Positions 31,986 through 44,590 of a stretch of 64,000 bases of DNA are shown piece by piece. The first letter of the stretch is position 1; each line of letters starts with the position of its first letter. The DNA comes from Pavona decussata (lineage: Eukaryota): assembly GCA_977016875.1 (NCBI GenBank), contig CDRNST010000012.1:2046001-2110000 (forward strand). The letters run 5' to 3'. The notes under the pieces were generated by a model that was given only the letters and a program-made list of their open reading frames with translations, was not told where the DNA came from and did not search any database. The position numbers and the translations under genes are program-made.

Positions 31986-32549
31986 ATGTTTGGACACCTT
32001 AAAGTATTTAACTAAAATTGCTCATTACAGAAAGGGCTAGTTAATTTAACATATCTTAACTGCAAGCAGTATCTCATTCAATTAATTTCAATTTTCTTAT
32101 TAGTTCAACCGCAAATATTCAATAAAAATCAATTAAGATTGTGTTAGCAGTTACAGAGTGATTGTTTAAAGATGTTAATACATAAATGTTGATCTTTGCA
32201 TTTAAATAAGCCTTAACCTCATATTAGAACTGACCTTTCAATGGATTGTAAGCAATACCAGTACTTAAGCAATGGGCGTTTAATGGACATTTGGTCAACT
32301 TTTCAAACAAATGGAAAATGTCCGTCTTGTTAGAATACTACTTGGGCAGGAATCTAAACATGAACATCTAAGGCTCAACAGCTGGAACTTCCTATATTTT
32401 CAGACTTAACTCATTCCATTATGCACTGCACTGGGCACACACGTCTACAGAGATTCCAGATCTTAGCCGCCAATAAAGGTAAGCACATTTGGAGAGCAAG
32501 AACTTTACAGGAAGCTTTTTGGACTGAACATGGTGGCTGGCTACTGCAC

Positions 32550-35500
32550 TTGCTACTGCTACATTGGAGGGAAGATGCTTGATTTCTAGGGAGGCCACTC
32601 AAAAGCAGGATGCACAATGCCAAACCTTACATGGGAAGTTAGCTCACTGAAGCTTACTGGAATGGAATTCCTACTGCATTGGTCATGTCGCGCCAACGAA
32701 AAGGTGTAACTTGAAAGAACTGTCTAAACAACTGCAGAAAAAACTGCTGCCTGCTTCCAAAATCTCACTTGAAAGATTTGTTTTGAGGAACAGGGAGGAA
32801 ATCTGCTTGAAGGAGGTTGCCCGTTGCTGAAAATACATGGAGTCTCACCCACTACTGCTTATTGGATCAACTGTCCTATGGATTACTGGCTATGGCACTT
32901 GGGAAGATGTCTGCTAAAACAGAAATGCCCACTGCTTTCTACTGCTTACTGGACTGCTACTGGTATTACAGCAAAAATGGAACTTGAAACAACTGGATTT
33001 GGATAAATATCAAGACAAATGCTGAAGGTAGGATGTCCACTGCTTTAATTGTCTTACTTGGAACTTAGCCCACTTTGATTATGATAAAACACCACTGATT
33101 CACTCCACTTAGCTTCCTGAAAAAGATTGCTTCAAAGCACACACATATGTTCTCAACATAAACGAGGAAAAAAAATGCCAAAATTAATATTGGAACTAAG
33201 CCAAATGTCGATAGTATGAACAATACTTAGACCAAATGTTGATAGTGTGAACAATACCTAAACAAAGTTGAATGAGCTTTTATGTAGCCTTCACCTTGAT
33301 GATAGTAGGCCCAGAAAGTATGAATCAATCGCCATAACATGTTGCTACTGCTACGTTGGTGAGTAGGTGCTTGATGTCTAGGGAGGCCGCTCAAAAGCAG
33401 GATGCACAATGCTGAACCTTACATGAGAAATTAACTTGTTGAAGCTTACTGGAATGAAATTCGTACTGCACTGGCCATGTCACATCAACCAAAACATGTA
33501 ACTTGAAAGAACTGTTTAAACAACTGCAGAAAAAACTGCTGCCTGCTTCCAAAATCTCACTTGAAACATTTGTTTTGAGGAACAGGGAGGAAATCTGCTT
33601 GAAGGAGGTTGCCCGTTGCTGAAAATACATGGAGTCTCACCCACTACTGCTTATTGGATCAACTGTCCTATGGATTACTGGCTATGGCACTTGGGAAGAT
33701 GTCTGCTAAAACAGAAATGCCCACTGCTTTCTACTGCTTACTGGACTGCTACTGGTATTACAGCAAAAATGGACCTTGAAACAACTGGATTTGGATAAAT
33801 GTGAAGAAAAATGCTGAAGGTAGGATGTCCACTGCGTTAATTGTCTTACTTGGAACTTAGCCCACGTCAATTATGATAAAACACCACTGATTCACTCCAC
33901 TTAGCTTCCTGAAAGAGATTGCTTCAAAGCACACACATATGTTCTCAACATAAACGAGGAAAAAAATGCCAAAATTAATATTGGAACTAAGCCAAATGTC
34001 GATAGTATGAACAATACCTAAACCAAATGTTGGTAGTGTGAACAATACCTAAACAAAGTTGGATGAGCCTTTATGTAGCCTTCACCTGGATGATAGCAGG
34101 CCCAGAAAGTATGAAGCAATCGGCATAACATGTTGCTAGTGCTACATTGGTGAGAAGGTGCTTGATTTCTAGAGATGCCGCTCAAAAGGTGGATGCACAA
34201 TGCCGAACCTTACATGAGAAGTTTGCTCGCTGAAGCTTACTGGAATGGAATTCCTACTGAACTGGCCATGTTGCGCCAACCAAAACATGTAACTTAAAAG
34301 AACTGTTTAAACAACTGCCGAGAAAAATGCTGCCTGCTTCCAAAATCTCACTTGAAAGATTTATTTTGAGGAACAGGGAGGAAATCTGCTTGAAGGAGGC
34401 TGCATGTTGCTGAAAATACATGGAGTGCCACCCACTACTGCTTATTGGATCAACTGTCCTATGGATTACTGGCTATGGCACTTGGGAAGATGTCTGCTAA
34501 AACAGAAATGCTCACTGCTTTCTACTGCTTACTGGACTGCTACTGGTATTACAGCAAAAATGGAACTTGAAACAACTGGATTTGGATAAATGTGAAGAAA
34601 AATGCTGAAGGTAGGATGTCCATTGCTTTAATTGTCTTACTTGGAACTTAGCCCACTTCAATTATGATAAAACACCACTGATTCACTCCACTAAGCGTCC
34701 TGAAAAAGATTGCTTCAAAGCACACACATATGTTCTCAACATAAACAAGGAAAAAAAATGCCAAAATTAATATTGGAACTAAGCCAAATGTCGATAGTAT
34801 GAACAATACCTAAACAAAATGTTGATAGTATGAACAATACCTAAACCAAGTTGAATGAACTTTATGAAGCTTAACTTTACTTGGATGATAGTAGGCCCAG
34901 AAAGTATGAATCAATCGGCATAACATGTTGCTACTGCTACATTGGTGAGAAGGTGCTTGATTTCTAGAGATGCCGCTCAAAAGGTGGATGCACAATGCCA
35001 AACCTTACATGAGAAGTTTGCTCGATGAAGCTTACTGGAATGGAATTCCTACTGAACTGGCCATGACGCGCCAACCAAAACATGTAACTTGAAAGAACTG
35101 TTTAAACAACTGCAGAGAAAAATGCTGCCTGCTTCCAAAATCTCACTTGAAAGATTTATTTTGAGGAACAGGGAGGAAATCTGCTTGAAGGAGGTTGCAT
35201 GTTGCTGAAAATACATGGAGTGTCACCCACTACTGCTTATTGGATCAACTGTCCTATGGATTACTGGCTATAGCACTTGGAAAGATGTCTGCTAAAACAG
35301 AAATGCCCACTGCTTTCTACTGCTTACTGGACTGCTACTGGTATTACAGCAAAAATGGAACTTGAAACAACTGGATTTGGATAAATGTGAAGAAAAATGC
35401 TGAAGGTAGGATGTCCACTGCTTTAATTGTCTTACTTGGAACTTAGCCCACTTTGATTGTGATGAAACACCACTGATTCACTCCACTAAGCTTCCTGAAA

Positions 35501-37250
35501 AAGATTGCTTCAAAGCACACACATGTTCTCAACATAAACAAGGAAAAAATGCCAAAATTAATATTGGAACTAAGCCAAATGTTGTTAGTGTGTACAATGC
35601 CTAAACCAAGTTGAAGGAGTTTCTATGTAGCTTAACGTCACCTGGATGATATAGCAGACCCAGAAAGTATGAATCTATCGCCATAACATGTTGCTACTGC
35701 TACGTTGGTGAGAAGATGCTTGATTTCTAGGGAGGCTGCTCAAAAGCAGGATGCACAATGCCAAACCTTACATGGGAAGTTAGCTCACTGAAGCTTACTG
35801 GAATAGAATTCCTACTGCACTGGCCATGTTGCACCAACCAAAACGTGTAACTTGAAAGAACTGTCTAAACAACTGCAGAGAAAAATGCTGCCTGCTTCCA
35901 AAATCTCACTTGAAAGATTTGTTTTGAGGAACAGGGAGGAAATCTGCTTGAAGGAGGTTGCATGTTGCTGGAAATACATGGAGTGTCACCCACTACTGCT
36001 TATTGGATCAACTGTCCTATGGATTACTGGCTATGGCACTTGGGAAGATGTCTGCTAAAACAGAAATGCCCACTGCTTTCTACTGCTTACTGGACTGCTA
36101 CTGGTATTACAGCAAAAATGGAACTTGAAACAACTTGATTTGGATAAATGTGAAGAAAAATGCTAAAGGTAGGATGTCCACTGCTTTAATTGTCTTACTT
36201 GGAACTTAGCCCACTTTGATTATGATAAAACACCACTGATTCACTCCACTAAGCATCCTGAAAAAGATTGCTTCAAAGCACACACATATGTTCTCCACAT
36301 AAACGAGGAAAAGGAAATTAACATTGGACCTAAGCCAAATGTCGATAGTATGAACAATACCTAAACCAAATGTTGATAGTATGAACAATACTTAAACCAA
36401 GTTGAATGAACTTTATGAAGCTTAACTTCACCTGGATGATAGTAGGCCCAAAAAGTATGAATCAATCGGCATAACATGTTGCTACTGCTACATTGGTGAG
36501 AAGGTGCTTGATTTCTAGAGATGCCACTCAAAAGGTGGATGCACAATGCCGAACCTTACATGGGAAGTTAGCTCACTGAAGCTTACTGGAATGGAATTCC
36601 TACTGAACTGGCCATGACGCTCCACCCAAAACATGTAACTTGAAAGAACTGTTTAAACAACTGCAGAGAAAAATGCTGCCTGCTTCCAAAATCTCACTTG
36701 AAACATTTGTTTTGAGGAACAGGGAGGAAATCTGCTTGAAGGAGGTTGCATGTTGCTGAAAATACATGGAGTGTCACCCACTACTGCTTATTGGATCAAC
36801 TGTCCTATGGATTACTGGCTATGGCACTTGGAAAGATGTCTGCTAAAACAGAAATGCCCACTGCTTTCTACTGCTTACTGGACTGCTACTGGTATTACAG
36901 CAAAAATGGAACTTGAAACAACTTGATTTGGATAAATGTGAAGAAAAATGCTGAAGGTAGGATGTCCACTGCTTTAATTGTCTTACTTGGAACTTAGCCC
37001 ACTTTGATTATGATAAAACACCACTGATTCACTCCACTAAGTTTCCTGAAAAAGATTGCTTCAAGGCACACACACATGTTCTCAACATAAACAAAGGAAA
37101 AAAATGCTAAAAAACTTAAAATTGAAACTAAGCCAAACATTGTTAACTAGTATGAATAATGCCAAAACCAAGTTGAATAAACTCTTATGTAGCTACTTCA
37201 CCTGGATGATCTAGTAGACCCAGACAAGTATGAACCAATTGCCATAACAC
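32550..37250. repeat. Tandem array of about six ~790-bp units
   Basis: Anchor GTTGCTG(A/G)AAATACATGGAG at 32823, 33615, 34406, 35201, 35964 and 36752 (periods 792, 791, 795, 763, 788). High inter-unit identity; most periods are not multiples of 3. Confidence 0.97.
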
Positions 37251-40200
37251 TTTTGAAGGAGAAATACGGGAAGACCTTGAAAGGGATTGGACGACAGAGG
37301 TCACATGTCCCCACCAACTTGATACTGATTACGATTTGTGCTAGGAATCCCCAGGAAATTGAGACTTTTCGCCAAGAACCACAATCAGCTAGGGTTAACT
37401 GGTCAAGAAGGATGAATGGATGTGCTTTCCAAAACTTTCACTTACAGGGAAGTCCAACTGCCTTCATTCCTATCCACTGCACAAGCTAACAAGGCAATGC
37501 TGCCCCAACAAACTGGAACTTAGTTGGATGGTCAGCGGAAGGACTTTAGATCGCTTACTGGGGGTGGACATCCAACCACATCCCCTGCTACTGACACTTT
37601 TGCTTATTTGGACATAAATGGAGCTTTTAGGAAATGCCAACTGATGTATCTTACTTGATTTTGCACAATCATTAGGATCCCCATGTGCACCATTGCTTCA
37701 CTGCGTTTTCCTGAAAAATACTGCTTACAAGTATATGTCCTAAACCTAAGAAAGTAGTTCTCTGCTTCCATGCTGTACCAAATGAATAGATGAACTTGCT
37801 AAATTCAACATCCATCAGAGAATTCACCACTCTTACTACGAACTGCACACATTGAACACATCTACGCCATTGAAGGACACAAAAACACACTGGAACATGA
37901 ACTATAAACACTTTCAGGAGTAAGTTCTCTTTGGAGTGCTTACCAGATTGGACTTTTCTCTGCACTGGCTAATACTACAGCAACCATGGACATAAAAAGA
38001 GCAGTCTTGCAGATCAACAGAAAGCTTCACACTTGCAATTGCTGAACCTTAACTGGAATTTAACACTTTGCTGTTCATAAATTCCCATTTGTCTTCCTGC
38101 AAAAAACTGTTGCAAAGCACACATACATGTTCCAAACCTGACCAATAATGCCAATAGATATCACTTTGTGAACGAAACTTTTATAAATCCTTTGCCCAGA
38201 AAAATGGATGATTTGAGTTACCTTGTGTTGGTGATTGATGCATGTTGGGTGCTCCATAGTTTTAGCCAACTTTGGTAATTTGAAAAAGTTTATAGGGATG
38301 AGCTTGTCCAAAATTTGACCAACGATTGCAATTCAGATTTGATTTAGTGAAAGAATGTTCCAGGAATAAATTGTAACTTTGAGGAGGGCTATCATTTAGG
38401 CCATGTATCAGCAAAACTGAGGGAGTTTTGGTCATCTTCAGAATTTCCACCATGCAACACAGTCCAAAATAGGTAGCTTAAAGAAATGACAACACTTGCT
38501 CTGGAACCAAACAATGATCACTGAAGGTAGCGGGACTTTTGGTTTTATGGTGTTTACTGTCACTTTGGTACCAAAGGAACTTGAAAGCGCTGCTGTGGCA
38601 AAATCAAGCAGAAAAGAGTGCACAAACGAGGACGCTGTATAGCACTTGACATTAAGTGACCTACTGCTCAATGAACTTGCTTTGGTAACAATGAAACTTG
38701 CCAACCATGCAGGCATGTGAAGGCAAAATGCGGGAAGCTGACCAGCCAATGAAACTTTACACGGATGGAATTAAGCAGGTTTTGGCCCCAATTAATTGCT
38801 GCCGTTATTTCCCTGAAAAAAAAAGAACTGCTCCAACGCACACATTTTCCTAACACAGACAAGCTGCTAAAACCATAGCATTGTCAAAACAAAACCGAAT
38901 TTTAAGGCGACAGGTAAAATTGCTGCAAATAAATGTACAAAAAATCTTGTACAAGATGACTACAGTCAATTACCTTAGGTTACATGTGGTGGGATAGGCC
39001 TACACTGTAGATACTCCACGATGCTTGCTCGGTTGACAAAGATTTATATGACCAGACAAAGCATGCGCTAGCACTGGAGCTGAACGTCATTTCAATCTCT
39101 GCACGCTAGGGTGGGAGACCAAGAACTGCTTGGAACATCACTGGATCAAGATCCGCCTGGTTTTGGATTCCCTCCAAATATAATAAGATTTTTTTCCGAT
39201 TCATCTGAAAAAAGTTTCAAAACAAGCACACATTTTCCGACAAAAAAGGAATATGGCATTACCTCGGGAGCAACGAAAGAAGTCAGCGAGAGTGAATGGC
39301 TTGTCATGATGTGCTTCTGAATAAGATTGGACATACATCCTTCAAGAAAATATAGGCATGGAGAGACTGACTTTCAGAGGTTGAAACAGGAACCGTCTGT
39401 TTTGGATTTCAGTTCTCAATTTGACACAGGATGTTTCCACGACACTTTGGTCACAAGCCTGTCTTCCACAGTCCTACTGTACTGTAAAACTGTCTCGTTC
39501 ATGCTGCAAGAGGGCAAAAATACCACACGCATATCCCAAACAAATTACCAGCATTGGCAACCATTTACATGCATGAAAAAAAGAACAAAAGCTTTGGAAA
39601 ACCTTGCAAAAATTTATCTGGCATTTACCTTTTTTGCAAACGCAAAACGATACATCACCGAGATCCATAGATGACTCTTTTTCCCTTGAATTTGCAGTGC
39701 CTTCTTGCTTTATGAACTGAAAAAGCTTCAGAGCATGCACACTTTGGGAAAGACAACCAAAGAGAATTTGGACACAGGACCACATTCTTACTTGCCATTT
39801 CAGTACACTAGAGTCCATTCTGTTAACAGCTTCAGAGAAATTTCATACAGTTTCTTTTTTCATAGGTTATTAGTGAGAGCCAAAAAGTTGATCCCCTTGC
39901 TACAGAATCTTCCGTCAAATGTATGGAAATCAGAATCTTCACTACATCTCTCTGTTCTTGACCTTTACATCAGGATGCTAATCTTTGGAACAGAAACAGG
40001 AAACAAAGCCCCAAATGCATACCTTACAATGTTTTGTCGCAGTCGTTGTCAGTAGCGTGGAGAATGAACCAGGAATGATCAGAATTATGTTGATTGAACC
40101 GTTTGGGGAATGGCTGGCCAACTTAACTGGGTTTTCTACTTTCGTTGCACAGTTTTTGATGGACAATAAACTCCTGTAATTTCTACCAGTTTGCATATGG

Positions 40201-42926
40201 ACCCGGGGTTATCATGTGAAGTTTCAGGAAGCCTGTGCCTGCCGGTAACCTTCCTTAAGAAGAGTTGGATGAACTAGGCTGCGCTTATGCCAAACTAACC
40301 GCAGGGCTGTACTTTCCAGCAATTATCCCAAGGATTGCGGGGCAAAATGAAGGTGAAGGACATCAAATGCAAAAACAAAACAACACCATTCTCAGTTTGG
40401 TAGATGGAGGACTTGCGCAATCCTAAGAAAACTTTATTATCACTTGACAGCATATAAAACACCCCAGGGCTTGGAATGCATCAGACTAAGATGACTTGGG
40501 TTCTATAACTGAAATAACTTCATAGCACACCACGCACAGGAAAATAATGTTTCTTTTATGCTAAATTAGGTTTAACTTGATCACCAATCAACAGAAGGTT
40601 GGTACATTGCTACTAGCTTACTAGGCTTGATGTTGGCCTCCTTCAGAATGCCACGCGCTTTTATCTATCCATCGCAATCCTCCTGCGTGTATTTCAAGTT
40701 ATGGCAACTTCAGCTGCATAACGATAAAAAGACAAAAACACACAACCCTACCCGAAGAGCATTGAGATGAACAAAGAGGACACAAAGGGCCATCTACACT
40801 CTACGTATTGATTGAAGATATTGTGTAACCTTGTAATGACTGTGGTTGAATCCCTGGATGCAATAGTTTCTTACTCCTGATCCCACAACTTATTGTAGCT
40901 TTGCCATACCATTTCACTACAGTTCACCTTTGTAGACATTGAAATCCAACTACTTAACTAAATGAGCGACGACTCTTCATTTCAATATCCGACTGCCACT
41001 TAGAATCTCTTCCCTTTGACCATTGCTGAACATGAGTAAGTTTTGATGTTATTGCTTACGGTTTAATTTAAGTTCTCGTCTCTTCTCTTTCAAAGCCATG
41101 TAGTTTGCATGCCACTTTCCTTTTTTCCGCTTTGGATCAAATCAAAAGAACATACGTTGCAAAAAAAAACTCCTAACACTACTACATTTTTTAATTAACA
41201 AAAATTAGCAAGTAATACATGTATGCAGCAGTGTCAAAAATTAGTGCCAGTCATAGTTTTAGACTTACATGGGCTGAGTATTATCAGTTTCCTTACCCTC
41301 CCATTTGTGAAAACTTTATTTCATTCAAACTTCACTCTATATAATATAGGCTCTATATATGAATTCAGTTCCAATTAATAACATTATCACAAGCCTTAGG
41401 GCTGGCCTCTCTGGCTTATCCTGAAGACATGCTCCACCAGTGAAAGCTCCTCCACTTTGTGATTCCAATACAAACTGAAGTTGACAAAAGCAAATACTTA
41501 AAAACTGGTAAATTTTCTGTCGCATTCTGAAGCAGCATAAAAAGAACAACTAAAAAGAAATGGAGACTATTTTCTCCATACACTGTACTATAAAGAAATG
41601 GGCAAATGCTGAGCATTTACCAATTGATCACTTGACGCAAGCCATCTCTGTCCAGATTGGCAATCCTTTCTTTATTCATCCAGGTGACACAATGGCGGAC
41701 GGTAATCTCTGTTGCAGCACACTTGAAAAGAAACGATTTACATTTAAAATCACTCTTCTATATTCACACAATATGTGCTTTGAACATGTAACATAATTTT
41801 GTAAACTCAGAATTTTGAGTTTAGGTGTTTAATTCCTCTCCAATTTTTTTGCCAACCACTCTAAGAAGTGATAATCTTCTTTTGACGCCATCAAATCCTT
41901 TCCAGAGCTCAGGACTAAACTTTTAGTTCACTTGCCCAACGGCTAGTAAGAGGTCTGATTTCACTAGCCAAAACAAATGTTTCATTACCCATACAGTTTC
42001 AGTAATTTGCTTTGCAGAAGTGAAGGGAGTAAACCTCCCACAACTGAAGGTTTTTTTTCACTGTTTATGATTTGCGACTGAAGTTTCAAGTTTACCTTGA
42101 CGTGAAAAAGCCTAACCAGTGGACATGCAGCCCAGAAAGTGGCTGAATATAGGTATTGTTCTTTTGTGATTGTTTAATAGTTTCGTCTATGTTTTCTGTC
42201 CAGCACTCAACGCTTCACAATGACACTGAATTTTACCAGTCTGTGGATACCATTGGCCTTGACCCCTGCTTTCCCATTGTTTCACACCACATTAACCCAA
42301 AGAAAAACATACCCAAAAATAAAAAGTAAATAAGTCATTTCAACAATGTGCCATCACAATGCAATACCTTGTAGGAGATTTTGGTGTGCTTTTAAGGGTG
42401 ATGCATGGACAATACAGCTGGAACATCAGCTGAAGAAATAAAGCTCAACCTATAGCTGTGAAAGCAATCAACACATATTAGGACATGCAAACTATTTTTT
42501 ACACTAACTTGTTTAGTGTTATAAACTTTTATTTACAAAACTTTCAAATAAATAATATTTACAATAAAAAATAGTTGTCTGTAGGTATAAAATGTATCAA
42601 ATTTCCAAGGCAAAACATCAAGATAGGAATAAATTTCTTCAGTTCATTTTCTACCTAAATATAAATAGAACTAGACAATACCCGACTATAAACCACTGTA
42701 ATAAAAAAAACCCCTAGTACTTCTGGATTTTCCAACTTCCTGGTCTTTTGGCAGGATATTCTCACTGCTGGATATAGCACTGGAATAACCCTAGACGATT
42801 TAATAACCGAGATAATTTTAGAAAACGATTCTCGCGCTTTCAGATCTCTCGACTGGAATATCAGTAGGATTTACCCTTTTCTTAAATTCTCTTTTAGTGG
42901 CTTCAGGCTAGGTTCAGTTTCTAATA

Positions 42927-43313
42927 CTACGTTTTCACACTTCTCCGAGTTTGACTACTGGTACTTATTCTTTGAAAGAAATCGTCGATACCTAGCATAT
43001 CTTCATCGTCTTGGTACGACGCAGTCATGTTCCATCCAAGTCCATTTGATGACTCATGCCACTCGTAAGAATCATCTACTTTCCGACGTTTCACCTTGTT
43101 CATACATCTCTCCGTGATCTCTTCATTCAGTCTCTGTACTATCAATTCCAATACCGCGTTCCGTAACATGTCTGGATCCCTTTTCCTTTTGTTTGCTTTC
43201 TTCTTTTCCAAGGAAGTCGTTAGCAGAGACCAGAGTTCCTTATCTGTGTAAAGCGAGTGTTTTCCATGTTTGACTCTGACACTTGGACGATTGCGGTACA
43301 TGCTATTTCGCAT
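42927..43313 (-). CDS. Intronless SERTA-domain-like (SERTAD/CDCA4/IER-type) small regulator, 128 aa from first ATG
   Basis: LWSLLTTSLEKKKANKRKRDPDMLRNAVLELIVQRLNEEI fits the SERTA pattern (SLxK...P.L...VL....R...EI). Basic KVKRRK and acidic-hydrophobic tail DDEDMLGIDDFFQRI. AATAAA at ~42533-42528. Confidence 0.65.
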   Translation of the reverse strand: MRNSMYRNRPSVRVKHGKHSLYTDKELWSLLTTSLEKKKANKRKRDPDMLRNAVLELIVQRLNEEITERCMNKVKRRKVDDSYEWHESSNGLGWNMTASYQDDEDMLGIDDFFQRISTSSQTRRSVKT

Positions 43314-43804
43314 GAGAAAACAAGTAAACGAGTTACGTTTTGTAGGAGACGCACTATCGGTCAAGTTTCGTCAGCGCTAAACTATGAAGAATTAGCAATT
43401 CTGTAAGTCCTATTTCCAATTTCAGTTCTCCTTTTCAGTGTTCCTTGTAATTTTGAAACGTTTCTTTTCAGAATAAGTCGTTTCTCGTCCGATTTTCCGA
43501 AGCGAGAAACGCAACAACACTTGACCAATACTTGCTGAAACACGAAGTTCTTGAACAAAAGCGAAGAAATCAACTGCAAAATCGTCTCGTTCACGAGATT
43601 CCTCCGTCAATGAACGTTGTCTGCTTAATTCCTTGCACTAAAAGAGCGAAGATTTGAGTCTAAAAGGGTATCAAAGCAGACTAACCCTTCTACCTACTTA
43701 CTTCCACCAACGATGCCCCAAACACTGAACAACGCAACAAACGTTCACCCTACGTAAAGGCACACCCAACCGGATAAACTGGAAAAACCGGTTCTCCTCA
43801 TGTT

Positions 43805-43920
43805 TCTAACCAATCATCTTTCGAGAACTTGAGAAAATTAGCCAATCGCAACCAATCGCAAGCTGCGTGAATAATAAATTTGACGTCAAAGGGTTTACGT
43901 CATGATTGTTTACGTGCGCG
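43805..43920 (-). promoter_or_regulatory. Promoter module upstream of SERTA-like gene: three CCAAT boxes plus CRE/ATF sites
   Basis: CCAAT at 43810, 43842 and 43852; palindromic TTTGACGTCAAA (core 43881-43888); TTACGTCA at 43895-43902. Confidence 0.65.
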
Positions 43921-44590
43921 TGCAAGCTTGCAGTCTTCGAGGGGAAGTACTCGTGAGATACCGATCTATATTTATATATGTATAAAAAAAGAAAGAAACA
44001 GGGAATATTTTTAGTTTAATTACGCAATTTATTTCCTATCGCTTTGTAATAATTTTATTTTTCCTCTCTTTGAAGGGTAGTTTCTGAATACGTACTTGTT
44101 CGTGCACGTTGCAACTGACACGCTCGCACGCGTGGGTCTTCCTGTATGTGGCCTTCTGATCGGCAAGAAAAACAGTAACAAAATTCATACAAGGCACCAA
44201 ACTGCCTTCAGAACCTTCTTGTCAAACACAAATAAAGAAAACTTGTAACCGTGACGGATATTTTTTTTTTAACAGCCCTTTACTTTGTTTGACAGCTCTT
44301 GACAACTCTGATGCTCTTTCATTTCGATTGGCCGAAAAAATGCAAGAACTGTACATTTGTTGGGATTGTTCAGTTTCACTTTCATTTTCGACAAATGACT
44401 GGTTGAAATAACAAACTTTGTCAAGAACTAATGTTATGCAGTTGTGAGTGTGCACTGTAACACTATTAATAACACCATTATTTTAACGCTATTTTGGGTC
44501 AAACACTTCTGAGTTTTGTGAATTAACGTAACTAAACAATCATCAACATTCTGAACATTGATATTTTTATTATTATTTACTTATAAATTA

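Noticed and set aside
29150-31990. CRISPR-like array, or nematode-style Ruby-motif (CTGTTTCA) piRNA loci, suggested by recurring ATGCACTGTTTG
   Set aside because: Eukaryotic locus with no cas genes, degenerate repeats and irregular spacing. The CTGTTT part is present in only a few units, while splice-site geometry explains the spacing better.
32824-36546. Repeated 60-79 aa ORFs (e.g. MLKIHGVSPTTAYWINCPMDYWLWHLG...) in the tandem array as a peptide gene family
   Set aside because: Most start at non-ATG codons, some copies contain stops, and indels shift frames between units. They recur only because the DNA is repeated.
37250-41100. Decayed endogenous virus or retroelement coding sequence
   Set aside because: Partial manual translation and the ORF track show no RT, integrase, polymerase, helicase or capsid motif. 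A BLASTX/HMM search is needed to exclude it fully.
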